Assembly: GCF_001194135.2 (NCBI RefSeq)
Contig: NC_068982.1
Coordinates: 54,116,683 to 54,180,682, forward strand
DNA length: 64,000 nt
Source of the DNA: Octopus bimaculoides
Lineage: Eukaryota
Direction of reading: 5' to 3'
The first letter of the stretch is position 1; every line of letters starts with the position of its first letter. The notes beneath the pieces were generated by a model. The model did not search any database. It had not been told where the DNA came from and saw only the letters and a program-made list of their open reading frames with translations. Positions 38,418-50,769 of the stretch are shown here, piece by piece. The translations under genes were made by a program, and so were the position numbers.

Positions 38418-39750
38418 AATACATGTGTGTGTAAAATAGAAAATTAGCAAGCATTTGTATCCAACATAAGCCACAAAAGATTAAAACACTATATAGAATA
38501 TATTAGTAGTGTAATCGTCAACAGTAACACCACACCCCGTGTCATAATAGTAACGTCAAAAAGTACGTTCACACTGCAACTGCAAGCAAACGCCCTTATC
38601 AGATATTTCTTAATAATCAGCCACAAAGCAAGCGGAAACATAAAACGAAACGTATGCCCCTCTATCTTGGCTGCGAGTTTAACCCCTTCATTTCATTAGG
38701 GATCCGCAAAGCAATAAAGAAACATTGAATAGCTTAAAGCGTCAAGCCCAGGCAAAATCAGAGAAAAATATGCGAAATACTTATAAACACTGAAGGAATC
38801 ATGTCACCCACCAAAATTTACAACTACTCGTACCAGCATCTGGAGTTGAGTGAGCTTATGACAACTCAAAGCCCCACAAATACTCAAGTGAAGTAAGGTC
38901 ACCCTCCTGTGCACAGAAATTCGACAAAGATAAATCCTTCAGATACGCCACCTATACCTGGATACATCTAAGTCAACAACAATTCTCTATTCGAATCGGC
39001 CATGATACCACAAAACCTGACTTCAAAATGACTTAACAGATCCTACCAGGTAATGCTATCAAGTTAGATATGGCTTGAGCCAATCTTTGGCCGAAATATA
39101 TTCAAGTTATCTAAGTTATTATTATAAACCTAACTATCCAAACAATAGTACAGATTCAGATCACCACACTCAGCCACCACACAAACAGTGACAGAGAAAA
39201 TATAAGATGGTTTCAGCAACAGACAACCTTCCACACATATTCACAACAGTCTTAGGAGATTCAGTAAGAAGAAAGCGAAATATACTTGGAGCATTCACAG
39301 ATGCCGCTTTTGGCTGGCCACAAGACTGTAACAACAATGGTGCATAAACAATACATAAGATAAAACTACCAATGGGCTATGCTAGTTTTATCTTCAGCTG
39401 CAATCTCTCCGCCAGGAACAGCAATAAAATTTTAAATACACAAGAGGGCGCACAACTATGCACCAGACCATACCATACCATATCCTAAACCTTTTACACA
39501 ACGAAACAAAAATATAAAAATGAAAGACAACCTGGACATGCGGGAGGCGTAACTTCCAAACGTGGCAAACTTCAACGTCCCAGATTTCTACTATAGAAAC
39601 ATAGTAAAATCCCTATCTGTCCGATTTAACCGAGATATGCATAAAATGCAGAAATAGCTAGATCAGTATCTTCAATGCCTCCAAAACCCTCTCAAAACAG
39701 TCGCCCTCTCACCGAGACTACCTTAGTACTTCCTCTATAACGACCACCAC
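37760..39750 (+). pseudogene. Decayed APE-type LINE ORF2 (I/Jockey-group-like), interrupted by (TA)n
   Basis: PDITF..; QADHYNMLI (cf. APE SDH motif); WIHLSQQQFSIRIG; RKRNILGAFTDAAFGWP; LLHNETKI. Confidence 0.55.
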
Positions 39751-40768
39751 AACCTATGGGCGCTTACTATTAGATTAGACGATGTGGCGGTTGTATTATG
39801 TTCAACTAACAGGCTGCATTGTGTTTAATTCATTACTACATGTTGGAATACAGTATGGTCCTTAGCTTGTCGGAAAAATGACATAACCCAGCAGCTTTAT
39901 CTCTGGACAGTTTTACGCCATTTGGCCGACTTTCAGTATATAACATGACTACTCCATCCAGGCAGACTTCGGACTTCCCAACCACAACAGTACCATCAAC
40001 TAAAGGAGTCTTTAAGTGGTTGCTTGACCTTACTAGAAATGACTCTCTCATACATTATGCCCTCTAGGTTGAAAAGCGGGAAATGCTTGAGTAAAGGACG
40101 AGATGGCAATAACTACAATGCTTTTGATTATAGGTTTATTCAGTTAGTGAATAACTGGGTCTTAAGAACAGCAACATCATCAGCACAGACATCAATCACT
40201 ACCACTAGCATCATCCAAACTATCAAACAAACGAGGAAGCTTCTACACGGCCATTCAACTAATTAGAGATAACAGTCGAAACTCCCACAACTCACTCTCA
40301 ATTGTCAGCAGGCAAATGACCAGAATGCTTTCAGTCATAAATCTGCTCGATCAGAGCTGATCCGTAATTAACAATTATCACCATCATCCCAATAACCAAG
40401 TCAAACATCAGCACCATAATTCACATCAGTGATATCTTTAACATCATCATCATAACTAAAATCATCACCATCACAAATATCACAGACACTAACAATATGA
40501 CCACTAATATTACCACCGCATTATTCTCCACCAAATCTAACGTCCACACTAAAACTATCTTCATTTCTTACGGATAAACATGGGCAAAATCAATAGGAAC
40601 AATAGCAACAAAATAACATACATTTAGGTGCCTCATGAATGAAACGATGAGTTGCGGCTGAAGATTTGGCACGGCTGACCGGACGTTCAGCCTGTCTTGG
40701 TGACAGTACGTTTTGGAACTGGAGGCAAACACATCCACACATGTGCAAAGATGTACACATACAGAGAA

Positions 40769-40807
<39 letters not shown>

Positions 40808-41159
40808 GAGTGATTACAATTATTAATTGAAAATGATTGATATAGACACTTTCCCTCTCAATCTCATATATATAAACAAAGAGAGGGGAGGAAGGGGATA
40901 GAAGGAGGGAGAGAGGCAGGAAGAGAAGGAAGAATAAAACGAAAAATTAAGATGTCTGATGTCAACCATGTCAGCGCCGAATCAGTGACACCAAAAAGGC
41001 AGAGCCAAAACGGCTGTGCCAAAACATTTCATACCCTTAGAAGTTAGATTCTCTGGGAAATATTTTAGCGCTGATTTCAAATTTGACTCAGTTCTAATTA
41101 ATAACTAGTCTACCATTTTGACACAAAAATAATGTTGTTAATTTATTACAGGATCCCTA

Positions 41160-41377
41160 AAGAGGCGAGCTGGCAGAATCGTTATTACGCCCGAGAAAAT
41201 ACTTAACAACATTTCCTCCGTTTTTAGGTTCTGAGTTCAAGCGTCTCCGAGGTCGACTTTGCTTTTCATCTTTCCGGGGCCGATGAAATAAGTATCAGTC
41301 AAGCACTGAGGACGATGTAATCAACTTGACCCCTTCCCTCAAAATTCCAGGCCTTGTGCCTATAGTAGAAAGGATTA
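41160..41377 (+). mobile_element. SINE family B, full length
   Basis: ggcgagctggcagaatcg...gaggtcgactttgcttttcatc...ccttgtgcctatagtagaaaggatta. Confidence 0.88.
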
Positions 41378-42906
41378 AAATATCATATGTTTCTTTCAAC
41401 CACCATATATCACCAAATCAGCTTCTTTCGACACAAAATCTTATTGTGCAGCCATACATCAGATGTTACTGAAATTGTAACTAAAAATATATAATTAAGG
41501 CTTATAAAACGATCAGTTATTCAACCCATAAGAAGCATCTATTATAGGATTTCTACGGTAAGAATTATCAGAACGGTCCCACTTACACTGGTTCCAGTAG
41601 TAACATCTGACATCATGGTATGATTGTATTCAAATACTTACTCATTCTTCGCTTAAATCACCAGAATTTTGTGAGTAGTAAACCTTGGTTTTTATGATAC
41701 AACCAAAGCGTTTACATGAAACTTGGATTAACGATTGCGTAAACTCTATCTTGTGTGTGTACATACATCAAACACACGTCTCTCTCCCCCTCTTTCTCTA
41801 CACACACCCAAACACACACACCTATAAAAGTTCAGGATTCAAGCGGATCAGGTCCTTAAATAGTAAAGCACCAATGTCAGGTTCTTTGGTACACAATTGA
41901 AGCAGTATTAGATTAAAATAGCTATCTATATATCATACTTATATACAGCGTTGAAAGGCTAGTTACAGCGATATTCACTCAAAGATAACGTCTCTTGTGA
42001 ACGTGTTTAAAAATATAATCATATCGGAATGAGATGAAAATTGTCCCGGTAGCGGTAAGCGAGAATGCCAAGTGCATTTCGGCATAGTTGAGGTTTGTCA
42101 ATGGCGTGTATTCACAGCCAACCACATTCCTAGACGATATTTGTCGCCTCCGATATATAGGACGAGTACTGCAGTAATTAGTCCTTCAACGATATACATT
42201 AAGTATGATATGCAGGTATATATATTAAATCGCTCTTCAATTATCTTTTGGTCATTTTCGTTTCTGCCGACTCAAAAGTCATAAAATGCACAGATTATTT
42301 GTGTAGCAACTCACTTTTGAGACCAAATAGATACGTTGCCATTTTAAAGTCTACACCAGCGATTCTCAGTCGATTGTAGCTCAGTACACTTTTTCATGAA
42401 TAGTGTTCTTATAAAGCTCCCCATCACTATGTTTCGTGGATTATTTTAATAAAGCAGAAGCTAATTTTGCGCAGAGATTTATCATCAATATTTTCTTATT
42501 CCATTCCAAAAATCATGGGCCTTTCTATGAACTAGTGCCCCTATGCATATTTTTTAAGAAAATTAATAAAGACGGCAAGGACTTGTATAGTATAATTATA
42601 TTAGGCTTTGGTGCATCAGTAGTTATGGCTTTGCTCGCTGATATGATTTTTCATTTCATAATTTAATCCCAGTCCTGACGGAGATATTTTCAAAATTGCA
42701 TTTAAAATAAAGTACTTAGTTTAAATACTTTATATCTTAGAAAACTCATAACACCCTCTAAATACCCAGCACCGCTCATTGGCATCGGCCATTCTGTTTT
42801 AAGCTCATAACGCTCTCAGTGGGAGTTGGTTAAAACCAACTCTTTTCCGAAAATCACCCTTCAAAAAAGCTCGAGTGATTATCACGTAGTTCTCTTTCAC
42901 ACAAGT

Positions 42907-43220
42907 GTGATGAGGCGTGGTTTAGTGGTTAAGAGTATTCGGCTCACGGACGTGAGTTCGATTCCTGGCGACGCGGTGTGTCCTTGAGCAAGACACTTTG
43001 TTTCACGTTGTTCCACTCCATCCAGCTGGCAAAAGTGAATTGTACCTTTAAATCAAAAGCCAGCCTTGTTACATTCTGTGTCACGCTGAATCTCCCTAAG
43101 AACCAAGTTAAGGATACACGTGCCAGTAGAATGCTCAGCCACTTGCACGTTAATTTCACGAGCAGGCTGTTCCGTTTATCGGATCAACAGGAAACCCCAA
43201 CATAACCAACGGAGAGCCAG
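42907..43220 (+). mobile_element. SINE family D (different tRNA-like head and CORE-like segment; 3' module shared with family C)
   Basis: gtggtttagtggtt...gagttcgattcc...tgtgtccttgagcaagacactt; then gccagccttgt...gctcagccacttgcacgttaatttcacgagcaggctgttccg as in family C. Confidence 0.8.
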
Positions 43221-43619
43221 TTTTTCTTTCATGCAGCTAAAGTAAATATACCGACTAATATTGACTGAGAAGTCACCAAAATTAAAGCAAGATGCAACCG
43301 GGTCATTAATTTTACTCCATATATAGATATAAAAGAGTGTGCTACGTAACCAAATTTAGGGTTGATCATACAACAATGATGGAATATTTTGAATCAATAC
43401 CTGAAATAAAGTCAAGAACATTCCTAACTTAAATGAAGCAGGATGTTTCCAGCCCCGCTCTGTATATAGATCTTCTGATCCTAAAAGCACTGCTACCAAA
43501 AACCGCGCATTATTCACATCGATGCCAGTAGAATTGCCCTTAATTCTTTCACTAAAACTACAGCTGTACTACTACCAACATCAAGGCTTCTACTAATATC
43601 ACTATAACCAATACTAATG

Positions 43620-43842
43620 GCATCACCACTACCACCACCACCACCACCACCATCACCACCAACAGAACCACCACCACCACTACCACCATCAACACCATCA
43701 CCGCCACCGCTAACAATAACATCAAAACCCGTTACCACCACCAAACACCGGCATCACCGCCACTACCAAACATCAATATCGCGGACCCCCAGCATTCCTA
43801 ACACTTTTAACATCATCACCAACTTCATCATCATCATCATCA

Positions 43843-43873
<31 letters not shown>

Positions 43874-44003
43874 CTTCTTCTTCTTCTTCTTCTTCTTCTT
43901 CTTCCTTTTCTTTTTCGTCTTCTTTTTTTGTCGTCGTCGTCGTCGTCACCATCATCATCGTAATCATCATCATCATCTTCATTAACACCATCATCGTTAC
44001 CAC

Positions 44004-44054
<51 letters not shown>

Positions 44055-44390
44055 ATTCATCATCAACATCATCACCATCATCACCAACATCATCATCAAC
44101 TTCTTCATTGTCTTCATCATCACCATCATCATCATCATCATCGTCTTCACCATCATCTCATGATTATCATATCAACAACATCCTCCTCCTCATCATCATC
44201 GTCACCATCATCGTCACCATCACCATTATCATCATCGTCGGCGTTGCCGTCATTGTCGTTACCATGATCATCATCACCATCATTATCGTCATCATCAACC
44301 GCCTCATCATCATCACCATCGTCACCATCAACTTCTTCTTCTTCATCACCGTCATCATCATCATCAGCAGCAGCAGCATCAATGTCAAAG
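43620..44390. repeat. Long compound trinucleotide tract (CAC)/(CTT)/(CGT)/(CAT)
   Basis: Direct reading. Confidence 0.95.
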
Positions 44391-44694
44391 GAGGGCAGTA
44401 ACCGTTACTACTGAAAAAAAAAAAAAGAGAATTTCTACTAAAAAGCATGTTGCCAACGTGGCAATAATTTGTTTATGAAAATACATCTAACACACACACT
44501 CACGCACAGAGACACGCACATCGACGTCCACACACACACACACACACGCATATACATTCGCACGCACGCACATACACGTACATATACACGCACACATACA
44601 CATACGATCTGGCATACACACACACGAAGCTTGTGTACGTTAATATGAATATAATGTCATACAGGCAACACAGTTAATTACGACTAAAATAGCA

Positions 44695-44732
<38 letters not shown>

Positions 44733-44765
44733 GTCTATGTATATGTATATATATGTGCGTGTGTG

Positions 44766-44800
<35 letters not shown>

Positions 44801-45031
44801 GTATGCACATAAATACTTATATACGTATACATGCATATTTATATGTATATTTATACACACGCACATATTTATATATATATATATATATATATTCATATAT
44901 TCATANNNNNNNNNNTACATATACACGCACACATACACATACGATCTGGCATACACACACACGAAGCTTGTGTACGTTAATATGAATATAATGTCATACA
45001 GGCAACACAGTTAATTACGACTAAAATAGCA

Positions 45032-45069
<38 letters not shown>

Positions 45070-45131
45070 GTGTGTGTGTGTATTCATACATACATATATA
45101 TATATATATGTACATGTATACGTATATATGC

Positions 45132-45164
<33 letters not shown>

Positions 45165-45165
45165 T

Positions 45166-45455
45166 AGGGCAGCGGACTCGCGGCCGTAGGATCGCGGTTT
45201 CGATTCCCAGACCGGGCGTTGTGAGTGTTTATTGAGCAAAAACACTCCACGAGGCTCCGGCAGGGGGTAATAATGAACCCTACTGTACTCTTTCACCACA
45301 ACATTTTTTTTCACTCTTCCTTCTTGTTTCTGTTGTACCTGTAATTCAAAGGGCCAGCCTTGTCACACTTTGTGTCACGCTGAATCTCCCCGAGAACTAC
45401 ATTAAGGGTACACGTGTCTGTGCAGTGTTCAGACACTTGCACGTTAATTTCACTT
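45166..45455 (+). mobile_element. SINE family C, truncated at both ends
   Basis: agggcagcggactcgcggccgtaggatcgcggtttcgattcccagaccgggcg... Confidence 0.88.
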
Positions 45456-45696
45456 CATTTATATCTGAAAGAGAAGCACACTCTTAGTTATAGAGCAGTA
45501 GAGCGCATAGTATCTATAGATAAAGATAGATATGGTTTGTCTATGGGGTTACTCTGGGTTTCACGTCCATAAAACGCTCAGCTTTACAACGTTTCTTCAG
45601 TCACTACAATCCGTTGGTCTACGGTCTCTCTACCTAGTGGCCTGTATGTGTGTGTGTGGATATATATGTATGTAAGTATGTATGTATGTGTATGCA

Positions 45697-45860
45697 TAGG
45701 CGCAAGCGTGGCTGTATGGAAAGAAGTTAGCTTACCTACCACATGGCTGCAGGTTCAGTTCCACTGGGTGGTGCTTTGCCCACTTGTCTTCTCCTATGGT
45801 CTCGGGCCGACCAAATGTTTGTGAGCGGATTTGGTAGACGGGTGACTGAGAGATGGGCAT
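45697..45860 (+). mobile_element. SINE family A, 5' half
   Basis: aggcgcaagcgtggctgt...ggttcagttccactg...ttgtgagcggatttggtagacg. Confidence 0.8.
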
Positions 45861-47224
45861 ATATTTATTTATATATACATATATATATACACGCAGACAC
45901 ATACACGCACACACACAAAACATATATATAAGGCATGAAACTAGGTATTAGTATTTCTTGGTCAATAACTGATGAAATATTAGGGTTCTTGTGTCTGTCC
46001 TACGTGTACCTTTTGTACTATTCAATGCAATTTTCATTTATGGAATAACTGATCAGCTGGCATCCCGAGTATACATATATATAAACAATAAGTTTATATA
46101 TATGTATACATACACTCATAGACATATACACACTTAGATTGGTAAGTATATATATATATATATNNNNNNNNNNNNNNNNNNNNNNNNNNNNNNNNNNNNN
46201 NNNNNNNNNNNNNNNNNNNNNNNNNNNNNNNNNNNNNNNNNNNNNNNNNNNNNNNNNNNNNNNNNNNNNNNNNNNNNNNNNNNNNNNNNNNNNNNNNNNN
46301 NNNNNNNNNNNNNNNNNNNNNNNNNNNNNNNNNNNNNNNNNNNNNNNNNNNNNNNNNNNNNNNNNNNNNNNNNNNNNNNNNNNNNNNNNNNNNNNNNNNN
46401 NNNNNNNNNNNNNNNNNNNNNNNNNNNNNNNNNNNNNNNNNNNNNNNNNNNNNNNNNNNNNNNNNNNNNNNNNNNNNNNNNNNNNNNNNNNNNNNNNNNN
46501 NNNNNNNNNNNNNNNNNNNNNNNNNNNNNNNNNNNNNNNNNNNNNNNNNNNNNNNNNNNNNNNNNNNNNNNNNNNNNNNNNNNNNNNNNNNNNNNNNNNN
46601 NNNNNNNNNNNNNNNNNNNNACACACGCAAACAATGATTGACATACACATACACTAACAAACACATACACTCAAAAACGCACTCACGCATACACTTGCAG
46701 AGTAAACATTCACTTATGTGTACATTACAATGCCTCTGCTCCTTAGAAACATCACGTGCATATCACAAGACACGCTGTAAGGAATCTTGTGTAACTTATC
46801 TTATGTGCAAAAAACCAGCCTGATGGCATGTATAAGTATGTATATATGCATGCATGTATGTATGTATGTATGTATGTCTGAATGTATGTATGTATGTATG
46901 TATGTATGCATGCATTAATGCATCTATGTATGTATGTATGTATGTATGTATACATTCATGCATAAATGTATATGAGTTCATGTATTGGAATCTATTTAGT
47001 TCCAGATCATCCCTTAACGAATGTATTCCAATTTTGACCATCATATCTGATGTTCACACGCTGTATGGTTATGAGTGCATTATATAATGTGTGATCCAAT
47101 TAAGGCTGTAAGTCACGATTTGTATGTGTTTTAAGTAGCTGTTTCTAGCACCTCTTCAAATGACATCGCATAGTCTATTCTTCATTCGCGTAATCACAAA
47201 TTTCAGTTTTATCCCTTATCCGTT

Positions 47225-47423
47225 CCTTGCTTCAGTCATCAGCCTGCGGCCATACTGGGGCAAGCCTTGAATAGTTTAGTCGAACAAATTTCCTCAAGTG
47301 CTTAATTTGTTAGTCTGGTATTTACTCTATCATTTTTTTAAACCGAATCACTAAATTACAGGAAATGTAAATAAAAAGTCAACATTGGTTATCGAGCTGT
47401 GTGGAAGGGGACAATCGCAAACA

Positions 47424-47504
<81 letters not shown>

Positions 47505-47660
47505 GCACGCACGCATATACACAAAGTTGAATCTATACAGTTTCCGTCAACCGTGTTCACTTATAACTCGGGGTTACAGTAGAAGATACGTTTTCAGGGT
47601 GCCACGCAATGCCAATGAACCCAAATGCACGTGGCTGCAAAGCGAACTTTTTAACACAGG
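47225..47660 (-). mobile_element. SINE family A, diverged, with long (CA)n core
   Basis: ttcagtcatcagcctgcggccat...cagtttccgtc...gtgccacgcaatg. Confidence 0.7.
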
Positions 47661-47739
47661 ACCATGCATGCGCCCATTTTATAGATATAGTTTATACTTT
47701 TCATTACATCATACTTTTTATTTATGTGTTTATGTATTC

Positions 47740-48060
47740 ATTTATTTGTGTGATTTTTGATATCGGTAACGATGATAAAAACGACAAGGTTTTGCCTCAC
47801 CTGAATGAAGTCGAAAACAATGCCGAGCTGCCTAAGGTATTTCAGCTCAGGATTCGTCCATCGGGATTTACTCCCAAATCGTTTCCGAAACATCACTGCC
47901 ACCCCGCCAACTGATCCTGATAGACCATAACATGAGTAGTTCTCGGAATCATTAAAAATGTTTACCAGTGTGCATGTTTCAAAAATCCTACCTCGCTCGT
48001 TGATAACTTCCACATATGTCCAGTGAAATGAGGTCATTGAGCAAGTGATTTTGATTGTAA
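47740..48060 (-). pseudogene. Tx1/L1-clade APE endonuclease fragment
   Basis: VINERG..TL..IFNDSENYSCYGLSGSVGGVAVMFRK aligns by eye with the 51076-51435 peptide IFDDYQIFASVSRPGMGGGVAALFKK. Confidence 0.6.
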
Positions 48061-48341
48061 GCATGCATTTATGCACCCAACTCCAATAATTACTATAGAT
48101 TTTAATCATATCTATAGAGCTCTACCTTAGCACCCACTTCAATTTAATGAAGCTTTTAATCCGATATAAAAATCGAAAAGAATATCTTTCTTCACTGCTT
48201 AAATAAGCCGTCAGGCGAAACTTAAACTTCCAGTCAAAACGAATCTCATATTTGAATCGACATTCAATACTTAGTCTTTTCATATAAGAATATTATTATT
48301 GAGTCACCTCATATATTGTTACTACTACTATTATTAATAAT

Positions 48342-48555
48342 AAGGCAACTATCTGGCAGAATCGTTTGTATACTGGGCAAAATGTTTAGTGTAATTTCAT
48401 CCGTCTTTACACTCTGAGTTCAAATTCCGCCGAGGTCGACTTTGCCTTTTATTCTTTCGGGGTCGATAAAATGTGTACCAGTTGAGCATTTGAGTCGATG
48501 TAATTGAATAACCACCTCCCATGAAATTGCTGGCCTTGTGCCAAAATTCAAAATC
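48342..48555 (+). mobile_element. SINE family B, full length
   Basis: ctgagttcaaattccgccgaggtcgactttgcctttattctttcggggtcgataaaatg...gctggccttgtgccaaaatt. Confidence 0.9.
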
Positions 48556-49125
48556 ATCATCATTATTATCATTATCGAGTGAGAGAACAGCACACGCTAT
48601 CAGAGTGAGGGTGGAGTAAAAATATACGAAGTCCTGTATACCCATCATGACTACCAGTCTAATAAGAGCAACTAGGCATATGCATCACAACCATATGTGC
48701 GCGATATGACCTTATACCAAGATAAAGAGCACATCACCTTGCAAGAGGAACCTGATTAGAATTTTCTTCAGTTCGAGTAGCCAGTGCTGCTAAAAATGTC
48801 CCTGAATAAGGGTTGTTTAAGGATGATGAATAAAACACCCATGTTTCCAGAGGTGAATTATTCAAGATCCAAAAATCCTTCTCAACACATGGTTATGATG
48901 CTCCCTCACTATTCCTGCTCGTGATTAGAGATGCACATATTGTCAGTCACTAAGGGACATGCTCAACTGGTGAAGGTCAAGCACCTGACCAGCAAATCTA
49001 TGGTATTGAGCAGAATATTTGCTGTAGCCCATCTTTTACATCTAGACAAACATGTACATGTTAAGACTTTCAATCAGTTAAGATCAGCATCCATGACAGC
49101 CATTACCAGGTATTCATCAGGGTAT
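48556..49125 (-). mobile_element. Unclassified non-coding element with (AAT/GAT)n-type 3' end
   Basis: Ends on the minus strand in ctctcactcgataatgataataatgatgatg; lies between SINE B and the Dong RT fragment; single copy in the window. Confidence 0.35.
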
Positions 49126-49657
49126 TGTTGGGTGGAGTCCGCCATTCATATTGAATTCCTTCCTACTTCTTCTGTCTAGTTTTGCTAATTCAGTTTTTGT
49201 CCAATCTACAAAAGCTGCTAAGTATCTAAGTAATGATACTGCCCAAGAATTTACAGCCTTCACTAGATTCAGACCATTTAGCTTTGACTTCATTAGCTTC
49301 CTCAACCTTCTGATGCATTCCTCAATTTTCGCTTTCATTTTTAAAATGTATAACTCTGTCGGATTCTAATACTCCTAGATACTTATAACTCTCTCTTTCT
49401 TTCAGTGATTTTAATGTCTGACCATCTGATAATTGCATGCCTTCACTGCTGACTCCCTGTCCTTTTCCATGACTACTATCGTACACCTGTCTATGCCAAA
49501 TTTCATGCCTGTATTTTTGTATGAAAAGTCTTACAGTTTACTTTAAGGAATCTATTTCTTATTTATTCTTACAAAAAAAATTTTTTAAAAAACTTCAGAT
49601 CATCCATGTAGAGCAAAGGGTTCATTTTCCTTAACTACTTTTGAATTGATATCCTGC
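49126..49657 (-). pseudogene. R4/Dong RT fragment (inverted relative to the adjacent RLE)
   Basis: AGYQ...KMNPLLYMDDLK; GMKFGIDRC; YKYLGVLESD; RLRKLMKSKLNGLNLVKAVNSWAVSLLRY...MNGGLHP. Confidence 0.88.
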
Positions 49658-49661
49658 CTTT

Positions 49662-50126
49662 GCAGGATATCAAGTACTAGAAAGTAAGAAATACAAGATT
49701 TTGTGAGACTTTAACATTCAGACTGACAGAGTAATAGAAGCTAGAAGGTTTGATTTAGTAGTAGTAGATAAAGAGAATAGAAAGTGCCAGATAATTGACT
49801 TTACAGTCTCAAATGATGAAAAAAATCAATTTAAGAAGTATAGAAAAAGTAGCAAAGTACCAGGACCTAGCTACTGAATTACAGAGACTTTGGAAAGTGT
49901 AGGTAAAATGTATCCCAGTAGTTATAGGTGCATTGGGAACTATCCCTACAGATCTGAACAGCTGGATAGAGGAACTAGACATAAAACCCAGTTTAGAACA
50001 GCTCCAGAAAACTGTTATTATGGACAACTAAGATACTTAGGAGGGTTCTTGGCATCTAAGGTTATTTGTTGTAGCCTGTTAGGATTTTTTCTTTTCCAAC
50101 TGCCTACTCTGTTGCGTGTGTATGAA

Positions 50127-50198
<72 letters not shown>
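49662..50198 (+). mobile_element. R4/Dong 3' end: restriction-like endonuclease, 3'UTR and (AAT)n tail
   Basis: KIL*DFNIQTDRVIEARRFDLVVVDK..CQIID...EKVAKYQDL..LQRLW...IPVVIGALG; (AAT)n at 50127-50198. Confidence 0.9.
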
Positions 50199-50200
<2 letters not shown>

Positions 50201-50206
50201 TGATGT

Positions 50207-50697
50207 GATACCAAAAAAAAATCATGCTTCCTCATTGATATGACTGTCCCAATCGACATAAATGTATCTGTTAAGACCTACTAAAAACTGGGCAAGTATA
50301 AAGATCTTAGAAATTGGCAAAATGTAGAACCTCAAGACTAAAACAATTCCTGTTGTCATAGGTGTCCTAGGAATGATAGCAAAAGGGTCTGATTCCTACC
50401 TAGCTCAGATACTAGGAAACCCCAAAATGGCAGAAATTCAAAATATAGTGCTCATGGGAATTGCCCATATCCTACGTAAAATACTGTCTATGTAATCACA
50501 AATATTAAAACAAATTTTCATATGTTTTCTTGAACAATCGCTAGACCAATACTATGTGCAAAACCAAATATATGACATTCTAGGCATAACGCCAACACGA
50601 ACTTCTAACTTATTGTCTCTTGAGGTATCTGGGTGAAACTTGAAGTCAACTTGTACAAATAAAAAGCAAAAGTCAAACATATAATAAAAATAATGAC
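50207..50697 (+). mobile_element. Second 5'-truncated R4/Dong RLE 3' end (different subfamily)
   Basis: CFLIDMTVPID...KYKDL...KTIPVVIGVLGMI...MGIAHILRKILSM*; starts right after (AAT)n and ends in ataataaaaataat. Confidence 0.85.
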
Positions 50698-50769
50698 TTC
50701 GTAAATGAACAATCTGGTATGTTTATTTTAATGGCTCGTCTCCTTGACTGAGCTGTAGTCCTTAGTTAA

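Noticed and set aside
42436-42666. 76-aa ORF with a hydrophobic C-terminus
   Set aside because: GTG start, no recognisable motif, consistent with a chance ORF.
44579-45062. Identical ~145 bp direct repeat on both sides of a 10-N gap (44579-44725 and 44916-45062)
   Set aside because: Most likely an assembly artefact: overlapping contig ends or two alleles of a heterozygous microsatellite.
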